This document shows positions 37,894 to 46,538 of a stretch of DNA of 64,000 bases, piece after piece. How positions within the stretch are numbered: the stretch's first letter is position 1; each line of letters begins with the position of its first letter. The stretch spans positions 124,001-188,000 of IMG/VR virus record IMGVR_UViG_3300036766_000988; one strand, given 5' to 3'. A program made the position numbers and the translations under genes. The notes beneath the pieces were generated by a model. It made no database searches. It was not told where the DNA came from and saw only the letters and a list, made by a program, of their open reading frames with translations.

Positions 37894-38445
37894 CTACTTC
37901 GGGCAGCAGTAGTTGTTGAAGCTCGGATCCGGCCCCGTTTGGGTGGAGACGTAATGGGCGTGAACGCAGCCTCGGGCGAGCGCCACCTGCTCGTTCTCGG
38001 CGTAGGTGCCGCCCGAGAACTCCAACCCCTTCGGCGGCTTCCCATCGGAGACGCACTTGTCGGACTCGTAGTCCAAGCGGGCGGGCAGGCTCGACGTGTG
38101 GACCTTGGCCTTCAGGACGGCGAGGACGGCTTCCTGCTGCACCGCCTCTGCCGCACGCCTCTCTGCGGCGGCCTTCGCCTTGGTGGCCTGCGCTTCCGCA
38201 TCGGCCCTGTCCTTCGCCGCGAGCTTCGTCTTCAAGCTGAGGAGCTTCTCGGCGGCGGCCTTGCCGCTCTTCGAGTTGGGGTCGAGCATCGTGGCTCCCT
38301 GACACGATTGAACCGCCAAGAGCCAATCTTCCTTCGCTTCCGCCGTCACGCACGCGTCGAACGAGGACTTCGCCTTGTCCTGGCAGCCCGACAGCAGAAC
38401 GAGCACCAGCACCGCGATCACCAAGACCCACGAGTTCTTCACCAT
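37894..38445 (-). CDS. putative lipoprotein
   Basis: MVKNSWVLVIAVLVLVLLSGC signal with LSGC lipobox; strong SD AAGGAGG upstream. Confidence 0.75.
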   Translation of the reverse strand: MVKNSWVLVIAVLVLVLLSGCQDKAKSSFDACVTAEAKEDWLLAVQSCQGATMLDPNSKSGKAAAEKLLSLKTKLAAKDRADAEAQATKAKAAAERRAAEAVQQEAVLAVLKAKVHTSSLPARLDYESDKCVSDGKPPKGLEFSGGTYAENEQVALARGCVHAHYVSTQTGPDPSFNNYCCPK

Positions 38446-38511
38446 CGGCCGAGCCTCCTTGGGTGACAACATATATGAAGGTAGACCCCCAAGGGAAGGG
38501 CCTGTGAACCC

Positions 38512-38781
38512 TTGGGGGTGCCCGAGCATCCCAACGCCTTCGCTGCGAAGATCACCCGCAAGCTCGTCGAGCTGCGGAAGGCCGAAGGGATCACCGTTCA
38601 CGAACTCGCCGAACGCCTCGACACCACCCCGCAAAATATCCAGCGGATCGAGCGCGGTCAGAACATCACCCTCAAGACCCTCGCCAGGATCGCGATGGGG
38701 ATCGGCATGCGGGTCGAGGTGTCGTTCGTACGTGACCCCAAGGGCCCGCGAGCCCCGCCACCAGGACGACCGAAGAAGTGA
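38512..38781 (+). CDS. XRE/Cro-family helix-turn-helix regulator
   Basis: LVELRKAEGITVHELAERLDTTPQNIQRIERGQNITLKTLARIA. Confidence 0.88.
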   Translation: MGVPEHPNAFAAKITRKLVELRKAEGITVHELAERLDTTPQNIQRIERGQNITLKTLARIAMGIGMRVEVSFVRDPKGPRAPPPGRPKK

Positions 38782-38950
38782 TCCCTCTACAGCTCTGACC
38801 TCGGGGTCTTCGCGGGGCCGCCGGGGAGCATCGGATCGCGGGGCAACCCTAGGGACGGTTCGAGCGCCGGACGATCTCGCCGTTCCGGGGATCGACTTCG
38901 GCGAAATACTCTCTCGATAAAATCCCTTCGTCAAAAACGGAGGGATCCCC

Positions 38951-39760
38951 TTGAGCGACAACCAGTACGCCCTCGCGTTCTACAAGCACAACTTCATTGG
39001 CGGGGACCTGGATCCCAACACTGCCCCTCCGGATCCCACCAGGATCTTGCGGACGCCGCACCTGGTGGAGACCTACGGGTACAGTGCGCTCCTGTCAGTG
39101 ATGGACGGGACAAGTCTCGTGGTCACCTGCTGGTTCAACGACCCGCTATCAGGCGTGTGGGTGCCGCTCACCAAGCCTTTGGTGGTGAATGCAGGCGAAC
39201 CCACCTATGTAGTCGTTCCAGCGGATGCCAACATCTTCACCCAGCTCGGGGCCAACGTTGGGGTGGTGACGAAGTTCGGAGTGGGCTGGATGGGGTTGGA
39301 TGCGGTCTCTTCGGAGATGATTGCGGCCCCCATCCCAGCAGGATCAGCAACGGCTGCGAATCAGACCAGCGAGATTGCCGACCTCGACATCATCAAGGCG
39401 CAGCTTGCTCCGAAGATTGCCTACCAGTCGGTGGCACTCGAAGCAGCGGCAGTCATCAAGGCAGGAGCTGGGACAGCGTTTACGGTGTTGGGCCGCGTGG
39501 ACTCCACTGCGGTGAGCGCAACGTACTACGTGCAGTTGGTCAACCGAACGGCGGCCGGAGCCGAAGGCGTCTATGCAGCAGGGGAGCTGCTCAGCGTCCT
39601 CAAGGTGATTCACATTCTCGGTACGGATGACGATTTCGACTTCAAGATCAGCATCGGCGGAATCGTGGCCAGTGTTGGGATCGTCTGCTTGATCTCTTCA
39701 ACCGAGTTCACCAAAACGATCTCAGGGGCTTCTCTGAACGTCTACGCGGAGCACTCATGA
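38951..39760 (+). CDS. hypothetical protein, probably virion-associated
   Basis: 269 aa beta-rich ORF coupled to the downstream tailspike-like gene. Confidence 0.55.
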   Translation: MSDNQYALAFYKHNFIGGDLDPNTAPPDPTRILRTPHLVETYGYSALLSVMDGTSLVVTCWFNDPLSGVWVPLTKPLVVNAGEPTYVVVPADANIFTQLGANVGVVTKFGVGWMGLDAVSSEMIAAPIPAGSATAANQTSEIADLDIIKAQLAPKIAYQSVALEAAAVIKAGAGTAFTVLGRVDSTAVSATYYVQLVNRTAAGAEGVYAAGELLSVLKVIHILGTDDDFDFKISIGGIVASVGIVCLISSTEFTKTISGASLNVYAEHS

Positions 39761-41772
39761 GCGCCGGACGAGGAGGGTATCCGGGTAGGGTCGGACAACA
39801 GCCGAATCAGGTGGTGGCGGCGGCGCTGTCTGCGGTCCCGTTTACCGGTACCGGCGCAGGCGATTGGGCGCGGCTCCACACAATGCTGGTCGCCAATGCG
39901 TACCACCGCCCTGTACTCCTGCTCGGGACGATCACGGCCGACTCGAAGGAATGGATCCCATCCGGCTCTACGATATTGCTCGCCAGCGGCACGATCATCA
40001 ATTCGACGCTGACCAATGCCGTCGACCCGCACGGGGGGACGGGTCACTGGGGGCCGTTCTACGCCGACGACACGGACCTTGGCGCTCGCACTCACGCCAC
40101 TACGCTGGCCGCCGCGTCGCGACCTGGATTCCCCGCACTGGTACTGACCAGCGGCACAGGATACACGGCCGGTGCAGAGATCATCGTCGATGATGCTGGA
40201 CAGCGCGAAGGTGCATACACTGTCGCGAGCGTCGCCGCTGCGTGGCAGGCAGGATATGCGTACGCAGCTTACAATCTCGTCACGAACGATACCGGCAAGG
40301 TCTACGCCTGCATCGTAGCCGGTACGAGCGCTGGCGCTGGAGGTCCCACGGGCACTAGCGCCCAGATCCAAGACAACACCGCGTGGTGGACGTATCTCGG
40401 GACAGGCGCGGGGATCAAACTCGACCGCGCAACGATCAAAACGTTTGCGAACGGCTCTGCCACGGGCGTGTCGGCCGGATTCCCGAAGGACATCTCGATC
40501 ATCGCGGACAAGGGGGCGATCCTTCAGGGTACAGGTCCGCGAGGTATTCAGATCGCCTACGGGCAAAACTGCCTAGTTCGCGGACTGCATATCAAGTCGA
40601 GTTTTGACGCGGCGGCCGGTTCGTTCGACTGGGGAGGGTTCGGCAATACATGGCAGGACATGGCCGTCGAGTACGTGGCGAACAACGGAGGCTGGGGGCT
40701 CGCGCTGGAGGACAACGAAAACGGCGCGTTCGTCCGATGCAACGTCAAGGGGTTCCAGGTCGGGATCCACTTCGAGGGTGCAGTCAACTCGGTCGCCGAC
40801 AATTGCAATGTGGAAGGCTCGACTCAGGCTGGATACTCAGCGAATGAAGATGCTGGAGATACCACCGAGGGCCCGCGTAACATCACGTTCACGGCATGCA
40901 CCGCGACGCGCTGTGGGGTTGGCAGCTACGGAGGTTTCGCATTCGGCATCGGCGCAAACTCGCCAGGGTCCGGCATTCGGCTCATCGGTTGCACGGCGAG
41001 CTACAACTACGTCGGACTCTATAGCTACCTAAGTGGGATCGAGATTGTCGGAGGCCTGTTCGAGAAATCGCAGCAGCAGGCGATGTTTTTTGCGGCGAAC
41101 ACGACCGGACACGTGCTCACGTCGGTGCGCACGACGGGCAACAACACGCAGGTGGCGGCCGGGACGCTGACCGCCACGACGATTTACCTTGGATCCAACG
41201 CCGAGCTCCGGGCCACTGACCTGACCGCGAGCGAGGTGGTCCCCGTGTTCTCATTGCAGAGCGAGACGGGCGTCACGCTGACGCTCGACAATCTTCGAAT
41301 CAATTCGACGTACAGTGGCGGCAATTACTACGGGATCAACGTCGTCGCGACGGGGAGCAAGATCCGCGTCAATGGCTACTCGTTTAACTCTGCTGGCGTC
41401 GGCGGTGTGTACCCGATCGTCGCGACCGCGGCTGCAACGATCTGGCTCAATGGTCTTCGGTCGACGGGATCCGCGCTGACTGGCGCTACGCACGGTGCGG
41501 CTGGGGTCGTGTTCGCATACGGCCCAGACATGAGCGAGGTCACGACTCACGGCAGCGGGCAGACGTACAACTTTGGCACCGTGGTAGCGGCAGGTACGGG
41601 CAACGCGCAGACCGTACCTGCGTCGTGCGCTGCGGGGGGTAGGCCGCCGACGTTTACGCGCACGGTGACCGGAGGGAGCGTGTTCAACCCGCCGATCGTG
41701 GTGATGGGCGCTGGATCATTTACCGCGCAATTCTCGGCGACCGACACCAGCACATACGCGTGGCGGCTGTGA
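39757..41772 (+). CDS. tailspike/tail-fibre-like protein with right-handed beta-helix (pectin-lyase-like) repeats
   Basis: Repeats such as NITFTACTATRCG and GIRLIGCTASYN; CBM-like module AWQAGYAY...KVYACIVAGTS...WWTYLG. Confidence 0.7.
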   Translation: MSAGRGGYPGRVGQQPNQVVAAALSAVPFTGTGAGDWARLHTMLVANAYHRPVLLLGTITADSKEWIPSGSTILLASGTIINSTLTNAVDPHGGTGHWGPFYADDTDLGARTHATTLAAASRPGFPALVLTSGTGYTAGAEIIVDDAGQREGAYTVASVAAAWQAGYAYAAYNLVTNDTGKVYACIVAGTSAGAGGPTGTSAQIQDNTAWWTYLGTGAGIKLDRATIKTFANGSATGVSAGFPKDISIIADKGAILQGTGPRGIQIAYGQNCLVRGLHIKSSFDAAAGSFDWGGFGNTWQDMAVEYVANNGGWGLALEDNENGAFVRCNVKGFQVGIHFEGAVNSVADNCNVEGSTQAGYSANEDAGDTTEGPRNITFTACTATRCGVGSYGGFAFGIGANSPGSGIRLIGCTASYNYVGLYSYLSGIEIVGGLFEKSQQQAMFFAANTTGHVLTSVRTTGNNTQVAAGTLTATTIYLGSNAELRATDLTASEVVPVFSLQSETGVTLTLDNLRINSTYSGGNYYGINVVATGSKIRVNGYSFNSAGVGGVYPIVATAAATIWLNGLRSTGSALTGATHGAAGVVFAYGPDMSEVTTHGSGQTYNFGTVVAAGTGNAQTVPASCAAGGRPPTFTRTVTGGSVFNPPIVVMGAGSFTAQFSATDTSTYAWRL

Positions 41773-41815
41773 CCCCCAGGAGCCCCGATGAGACGAAGCC
41801 CAACTTCAAGCTGCG

Positions 41816-42109
41816 TCATTTGGGCACTCCGTCGTCGGTCAACGACGCAGGGGCATGTCCGCAGTAGGGGCACGCTCCCACGGCCGGGAACCGTCCGGCG
41901 AGAAGGTCATCGAGCGACACGTTGACGAATCTCGACAGACGGAACGCGAGCAGCGGGGTGACCGTGCGGCCCTTCACGATGTTCGTGAGCGTCCTCGGCT
42001 GGAACCGCAGCGTCTCTGCGAGCGGGATCCAGCCGCCGAACCGCGTCCGAAGGAACCGCAAGGCGGCACGTACCCGCACTTGCTCTTCCCGCGTGAGATC
42101 AAGGTTCAT
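41816..42109 (-). CDS. XRE-like HTH protein with C-terminal CxxC
   Basis: ATG overlaps the transposase stop (TGATG); LAETLRFQPRTLTNIVKG...LSRFVNVSLDDLL; CPYC. Confidence 0.65.
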   Translation of the reverse strand: MNLDLTREEQVRVRAALRFLRTRFGGWIPLAETLRFQPRTLTNIVKGRTVTPLLAFRLSRFVNVSLDDLLAGRFPAVGACPYCGHAPASLTDDGVPK

Positions 42110-43356
42110 CACGAGCCTCCCGCCGCCATCAACGGCGGCTCGCCCCAGAACGACGCGTCGATCCCCAACTCGTAGATCGACTGCACCAGCACACGGATGT
42201 TGTGGCAGAGCACCTTCATGTAAATTTCGCTGACCTGCCCCTCGAAGGACTTCGCCCGTACCGAGGATCCGAGCACGCGCTTCACCGAACTGAACGTCGC
42301 CTCGGTCAAGCTGCGCTTGTGGTAGTGCTCCAAGAACGTCGGCCGGTTGTACGTGTAGAACGCGAACAAGCGGTTCCACAGGTCATCGTTGGCGCTCGCC
42401 TTCGAGTTCGACTTGAAGGGGACGAACGGCTCCGCGCCCGCCTTCACGATGGCCTTAAAGTTCTCCCGCGAAAGGTAGCCCATGTCGGCCGAGACCTCGC
42501 GCATCGCGAAGTTCTTCCCGGTCTGTTCGATGAGCCCAGGAAGGAACGGTGAGTCATGCGCGTTGCCTGGCGTGACCTCGGCGCCGGTGATGATCTGCGT
42601 CGTCACGCCGATCATCATGTGGAGCTTGAGCCACTTCTTCTCCCTACGATCCTTCCCCCACTTCTGATCGTGCCACCTGACGTAGCCCTTCGTGGCGATC
42701 CCGGTGCCATCGGCGGCGAAGTCCACCTCGACGGTGCGGAGCGGCTTTGCGCTTTCTTCGATCAGACGACGAAGCACCGGCACGGTCTCGGGCTCCCGCA
42801 TGATGCGGAAGACAGTGTTCGGATGCGGCACCACGTCGGTGAGGCCGCGCTCTTGACACGAACGGATGTCGCTCACGGCGCGGTCGCCGGAGAACAGCGT
42901 GAAGGTCTTGACCCCTGCGGCGAAGATCACGTCGGAAAGCGGGAGCGACGGGCGGCCGTTGCCCTTGTAGCAGGGCTGTTGGACGCCGTCGCAGAGCGCA
43001 CGGAGAAGCTTCTCGAAGATGTCCTTCTCGTTCATCCTCGCCTTGCGGTAGGCAGGCCAGTTCTGCGCGTACGTGATGCGCTTCTCTTCGGTCACGACGT
43101 TCCCGTCCGGCAACGTGATCTCACGGCGGACGATCAAGACCGCGTAGAGGTGCTTGCAGCGGTGCCCTGCCCCATGCTCTTCCGCGTCCGGGCACGAGCA
43201 GGTGCCCGCCACGGGATCCACGAAGTAGCTCCCCGAGTTCTTAGACTGCGAGGGAACGAGGTATTTGCCTTCGAGAACCTGCCGGATCTGCTTGCCCTTA
43301 CCTTGCACGATGGCGAGGCCGCGTTGCGCTCGGTAGTCGATGGCTGCGGTATCCAT
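42109..43356 (-). mobile_element. DDE transposase (IS4/IS5-like DDE_Tnp_1 type) with N-terminal SWIM zinc finger
   Basis: CSCPD..CKH; FAADGTG, KWLKLH, HDSPFL, VSADMGY, YHKRSLTEATFSSVKR. Confidence 0.88.
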
Positions 43357-43361
43357 GTGGA

Positions 43362-43429
43362 CTAATGTTGCCACAACGTAGCAACAGTCAAGACCCGCTT
43401 GACATGTTCCTACGTTGTGGCAACATTAG
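43362..43429. promoter_or_regulatory. 20 bp perfect inverted repeat around divergent promoters
   Basis: CTAATGTTGCCACAACGTAG (43362..43381) and its exact reverse complement (43410..43429); GTCAAG/CTTGAC between them. Confidence 0.85.
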
Positions 43430-43435
43430 CCACGC

Positions 43436-43615
43436 ATGGCACAGAAGAAGACCCGAAAGCCGAAAGCGCTTCGTAAGGAGGACTCGATCCGCATCAGGGT
43501 CACGGAAGAGCAGAAGGAAGGGCTGACCGAAGCGGCTACACGGGCCGGGCTCGGGGTGTCGTCCTGGCTGCTGATGCTCGGGCTGCGCGAAATGAAGAAG
43601 GCCGAAAAGACATAG
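43436..43615 (+). CDS. 59 aa ribbon-helix-helix protein (below the ORF track cut-off)
   Basis: MAQKKTRKPKALRKEDSIRIRVTEEQKEGLTEAATRAGLGVSSWLLMLGLREMKKAEKT. Confidence 0.8.
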   Translation: MAQKKTRKPKALRKEDSIRIRVTEEQKEGLTEAATRAGLGVSSWLLMLGLREMKKAEKT

Positions 43616-43772
43616 ATTTTGGTCACTTGAGAGAGCACGGCTACCTCCGAACACACGTGTACCTTGCGTCCGACGGAGGTGTGGTTAGCTTCGCGCTACC
43701 TTCGACACACACACACACACCGTTTGTGGGGTGAGACAAAGGAAAGCGTGCGGCTTCACCGCCGAACGTGAT

Positions 43773-43796
43773 GAAACCCGGTTGCCACCGGGTTTC
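43773..43796. terminator. hairpin between convergent genes, possible bidirectional terminator
   Basis: GAAACCCGGT-TGCC-ACCGGGTTTC perfect 10 bp stem. Confidence 0.55.
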
Positions 43797-43819
43797 GTCG
43801 TTTGTGGGGTGTAAAGACT

Positions 43820-44470
43820 TCAGACTGCGGGCTGAGCACCTCCGTTCGCGAGCACGAAGAGGCCGCCGTTGTTGGCCCCGACGCCCTTCTGCACGAGCAG
43901 CTTGTCGTGGCGCATCCTGACGAGTTCGGCGTCCACGCTGGGCCGCTTGGCGTCAGGCTTGAGCCGAACGAGACCGTTGAAGATGTCGGTGGCCCCGAGG
44001 GGCGTGTTGGCGGTTGTCAGCACCTCCGTGATCAGGCCTCGCAAAGTCTTCGCCTTGGGCTTGGCGCCTACTACGGGGGCCGAAGAGACAGAGACGGGGT
44101 ACCACTTGCCATCACGGCGTTCGACAGTACCGCGCTTCAGGAGCTGACGAAGCGTACCGTCGGCGTTCGTGGGAGCCTGGCCGATGGCCCTAGCGATCTC
44201 GGTCGTGGTGAGGCCGTTCGGGCTCGCCAAGATGAGCGCCTCGGCCCGATCCACGTAGGTGCGCCGCTTCTGACCGGCCGACGCAGACGTGGGGGGTTCC
44301 TGGGGCTTGGGGGCCGTGACGGGCTGTTCCTCGGCCTCGGCAAGCATGATCAGGTCGGCCAAGACATCGCGGCGCTCATCGAGGGGTAGCCCCATGACGG
44401 CAGCGATGGCTGCCTCCCGACGGGCCTTCTTCTCACGTGCCTGCTGAACGATCTGGTTGACGAGGCTCAA
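43820..44470 (-). CDS. protein with two winged-helix-like segments
   Basis: GLTTTEIARAIG...LRQLLKRGTVERRDGKWY; second HTH-like segment LGATDIFN...VDAELVRM. Confidence 0.55.
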   Translation of the reverse strand: MSLVNQIVQQAREKKARREAAIAAVMGLPLDERRDVLADLIMLAEAEEQPVTAPKPQEPPTSASAGQKRRTYVDRAEALILASPNGLTTTEIARAIGQAPTNADGTLRQLLKRGTVERRDGKWYPVSVSSAPVVGAKPKAKTLRGLITEVLTTANTPLGATDIFNGLVRLKPDAKRPSVDAELVRMRHDKLLVQKGVGANNGGLFVLANGGAQPAV

Positions 44471-44606
44471 GGTTCGTCGAACCTAGCCAACCTTTCAGGT
44501 CTAGCAACCTCTCCGGACCGAAATTCGTACATGACCCTGATGGCTACGCGCTGCGTCAGGTTCTCATGGTTTTGTTACAGCCGATCAGGTTTCGGTGTAG
44601 CGGGGA

Positions 44607-44945
44607 CTAGAACTGCAAAGCCGTCTCGGTCTTGGGCGCCACCTCCGTGTGCCCGAGGTCGACGACCAGAAAGTGGTCGGGCTCTTCTGTCTTGACTCTC
44701 TCGAACTCGGCGTCCGACGCCGCCAAAACGATCTTGCCGTGTTCGCCCGCTTGCCAGAAGCCGAAGTCAGAGAGCCGTAGGGCCTCCAGCTCCGTAGGGA
44801 CAACCGGGTGAACACGCTGACGAAGCCGCACAACTTCGCGGTACAAGTAGTCGACCGCATGGCCGCACTGAGCCCCGACCTTACCCGCGCTGAGATGCAG
44901 GCCAGTACGTACCACGATATACATGACGAAGGGATCGGGATCCAT
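44607..44945 (-). CDS. pth2: peptidyl-tRNA hydrolase type 2, C-terminus apparently short
   Basis: MYIVVRTGLHLSAGKVGAQCGHA...W..GEHGKIVL...VVDLGHTEVAPKTETAL. Confidence 0.8.
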   Translation of the reverse strand: MDPDPFVMYIVVRTGLHLSAGKVGAQCGHAVDYLYREVVRLRQRVHPVVPTELEALRLSDFGFWQAGEHGKIVLAASDAEFERVKTEEPDHFLVVDLGHTEVAPKTETALQF

Positions 44946-45008
44946 GCGGTTGGTCTACACCAAGATCTCGATAGGGATACGGTTCTTCGGGTTGGTGTAC
45001 TGATCCCC

Positions 45009-45344
45009 ATGGATCTCGAAGCTCGTGCCCGGCAGGTGATCGACGATCACTTGTTCGAGGCGTTCTGGGAGAGCGTCGATCACCTTGGGACGACCGATCT
45101 GGTGCTTTGTCTCGACACCACGGTACCCGAGAAAACGCTTCAAGTGTTCGTGCGTGAGCAGCTCATCCAGGATCCCGAAGCTCCCGCGTTCTTGAAGCGA
45201 AAGTTCGCCCGGCCCGCCCGAGAGGTTGCCAGGAAGATGAAGGACGCCTCGACATCCTTCTGGCTCATGATCGCGTTCCCTGACGAACAAGTGCTGGTCC
45301 TGGCTCTCCATGCTCGCCAGATGAGCCCCGGTGGGCAGGCGTAG
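45009..45344 (+). CDS. hypothetical protein
   Basis: GGTGTA motif 10 nt before the ATG. Confidence 0.6.
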   Translation: MDLEARARQVIDDHLFEAFWESVDHLGTTDLVLCLDTTVPEKTLQVFVREQLIQDPEAPAFLKRKFARPAREVARKMKDASTSFWLMIAFPDEQVLVLALHARQMSPGGQA

Positions 45345-45363
45345 CCCCGGTGTAGAGTCTTTC

Positions 45364-45771
45364 ATGAACCTGTGGAAGCGTCTGGTCATGCTGTGGCACG
45401 GGGCGGAAGAGAAGCCCAAGGCTGTCTCCAGTGCATTTGGGGAGGGCCTTCAAAGGTTCGCAGGTCGCCAAGTAGCGGAGGCCAAGGCGGCTCAAGCTAG
45501 GGCCCTGGCTGCAAAAGCCAACTCTCCTGACGGCCAAAATCCCTACACGTTCGAGATCGACTGGGAAGAGCACCAAAAGGTGAAGGCCTTCATGAAGGAG
45601 CACGAGCATCGGGGTCAGTACATGGGGGCCATCGGGGGCCACATCTCGTTCACCTTCTGCCCCACCAGCATCGGGACCGTCGCTAGCGTCCACTGCTCGG
45701 CGTGCGGAGAGCAGTGCTGCAAGAAAGGTTACCGCAAGGGGGCCTCGACCGATTGCTCGGGGATGCTGTAG
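45364..45771 (+). CDS. hypothetical protein with C-terminal Cys cluster
   Basis: GGTGTA motif 10 nt before the ATG; ISFTFCPTSIG..VHCSACG. Confidence 0.6.
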   Translation: MNLWKRLVMLWHGAEEKPKAVSSAFGEGLQRFAGRQVAEAKAAQARALAAKANSPDGQNPYTFEIDWEEHQKVKAFMKEHEHRGQYMGAIGGHISFTFCPTSIGTVASVHCSACGEQCCKKGYRKGASTDCSGML

Positions 45772-45800
45772 AGCTTTAGTCCTTCTCTTGAGGGTCGGGT

Positions 45801-46343
45801 ATGACACTCGACGATTTCAACCGGACTACGCTCCAAGAGTTCCCTGGCTTCAAGCTCGTCTACAAGGAAGAGAGCTTGCTGATGCGCTTTCTGGCGAAGC
45901 TCCTGTGGATCGTGACGTTCGGCCAACAGAAGCTCTTCATGACCCACTTCACCACCACGGTGGGCCAGACGATCTACGTCCCCCTCGGGTGGGATCTGAA
46001 GAATCCTCTCCAACAGCTCCAAGTCTTGCGGCACGAACGCATCCACATGAGGCAGGCAGCCCGCTTGACCTTCCCGCTCTTCATGTTCCTCTACTTGGTG
46101 CCTTTCTTCCCCCTCGGGCTCGCCTACGGGAGGGCCCGGCTCGAATGGGAGGCCTACACAGAGTCGATGCGGGCCATCCGTGATCAGTACGGGGATGAGG
46201 CGCTTCACGATGCCCGGTTCCGGCAGAGCATCGTAGACATGTTCACCACGGGTCAGTACGGCTGGATGTGGCCGTTCCCCACCACGGTCGACCGCTGGTA
46301 CACCGAGACCATGATGCTGATCCTGGCCGAGCCCAAGGGATGA
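45801..46343 (+). CDS. putative zincin-like (HExxH) membrane-associated protein
   Basis: VLRHERIHMRQ, hydrophobic stretch, distal LEWEAY. Confidence 0.6.
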   Translation: MTLDDFNRTTLQEFPGFKLVYKEESLLMRFLAKLLWIVTFGQQKLFMTHFTTTVGQTIYVPLGWDLKNPLQQLQVLRHERIHMRQAARLTFPLFMFLYLVPFFPLGLAYGRARLEWEAYTESMRAIRDQYGDEALHDARFRQSIVDMFTTGQYGWMWPFPTTVDRWYTETMMLILAEPKG

Positions 46344-46344
46344 A

Positions 46345-46410
46345 GCCCGCCTAGTTTAAGCTCCCGGCGGACAGAGAACAGGTTCTGGTGGGGCTCACTC
46401 CCAAGAACCC
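46345..46410 (-). repeat. structured ~65 nt dispersed element, copy A
   Basis: GCCCGCCTAGTTTA...CCCGGCGG...GAGAACAG...GCTCAC shared with 56886 and 57361. Confidence 0.8.
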
Positions 46411-46538
46411 TTCTAATCAAGTTGATAACAGCGAGCTTTTGCCCTCAACTTCTAAAAGGACTGTCCCAACATCGGTCCGTCATGAGACCTAGAAGGGCCA
46501 ATCGAGGACTTGACCAGCCGTCAGAGGCGAGCCCAGAT

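Noticed and set aside
37894-38961. 355 aa version of the lipoprotein ORF
   Set aside because: The upstream part overlaps the XRE gene antisense; the SD and signal peptide place the start at 38445
41810-44558. 9 bp direct repeat GCTGCGTCA (41810..41818 and 44550..44558) as a target-site duplication of a 2.7 kb element
   Set aside because: No terminal inverted repeats lie inside it and a 9-mer match in GC-rich DNA can be chance; an empty-site comparison is needed
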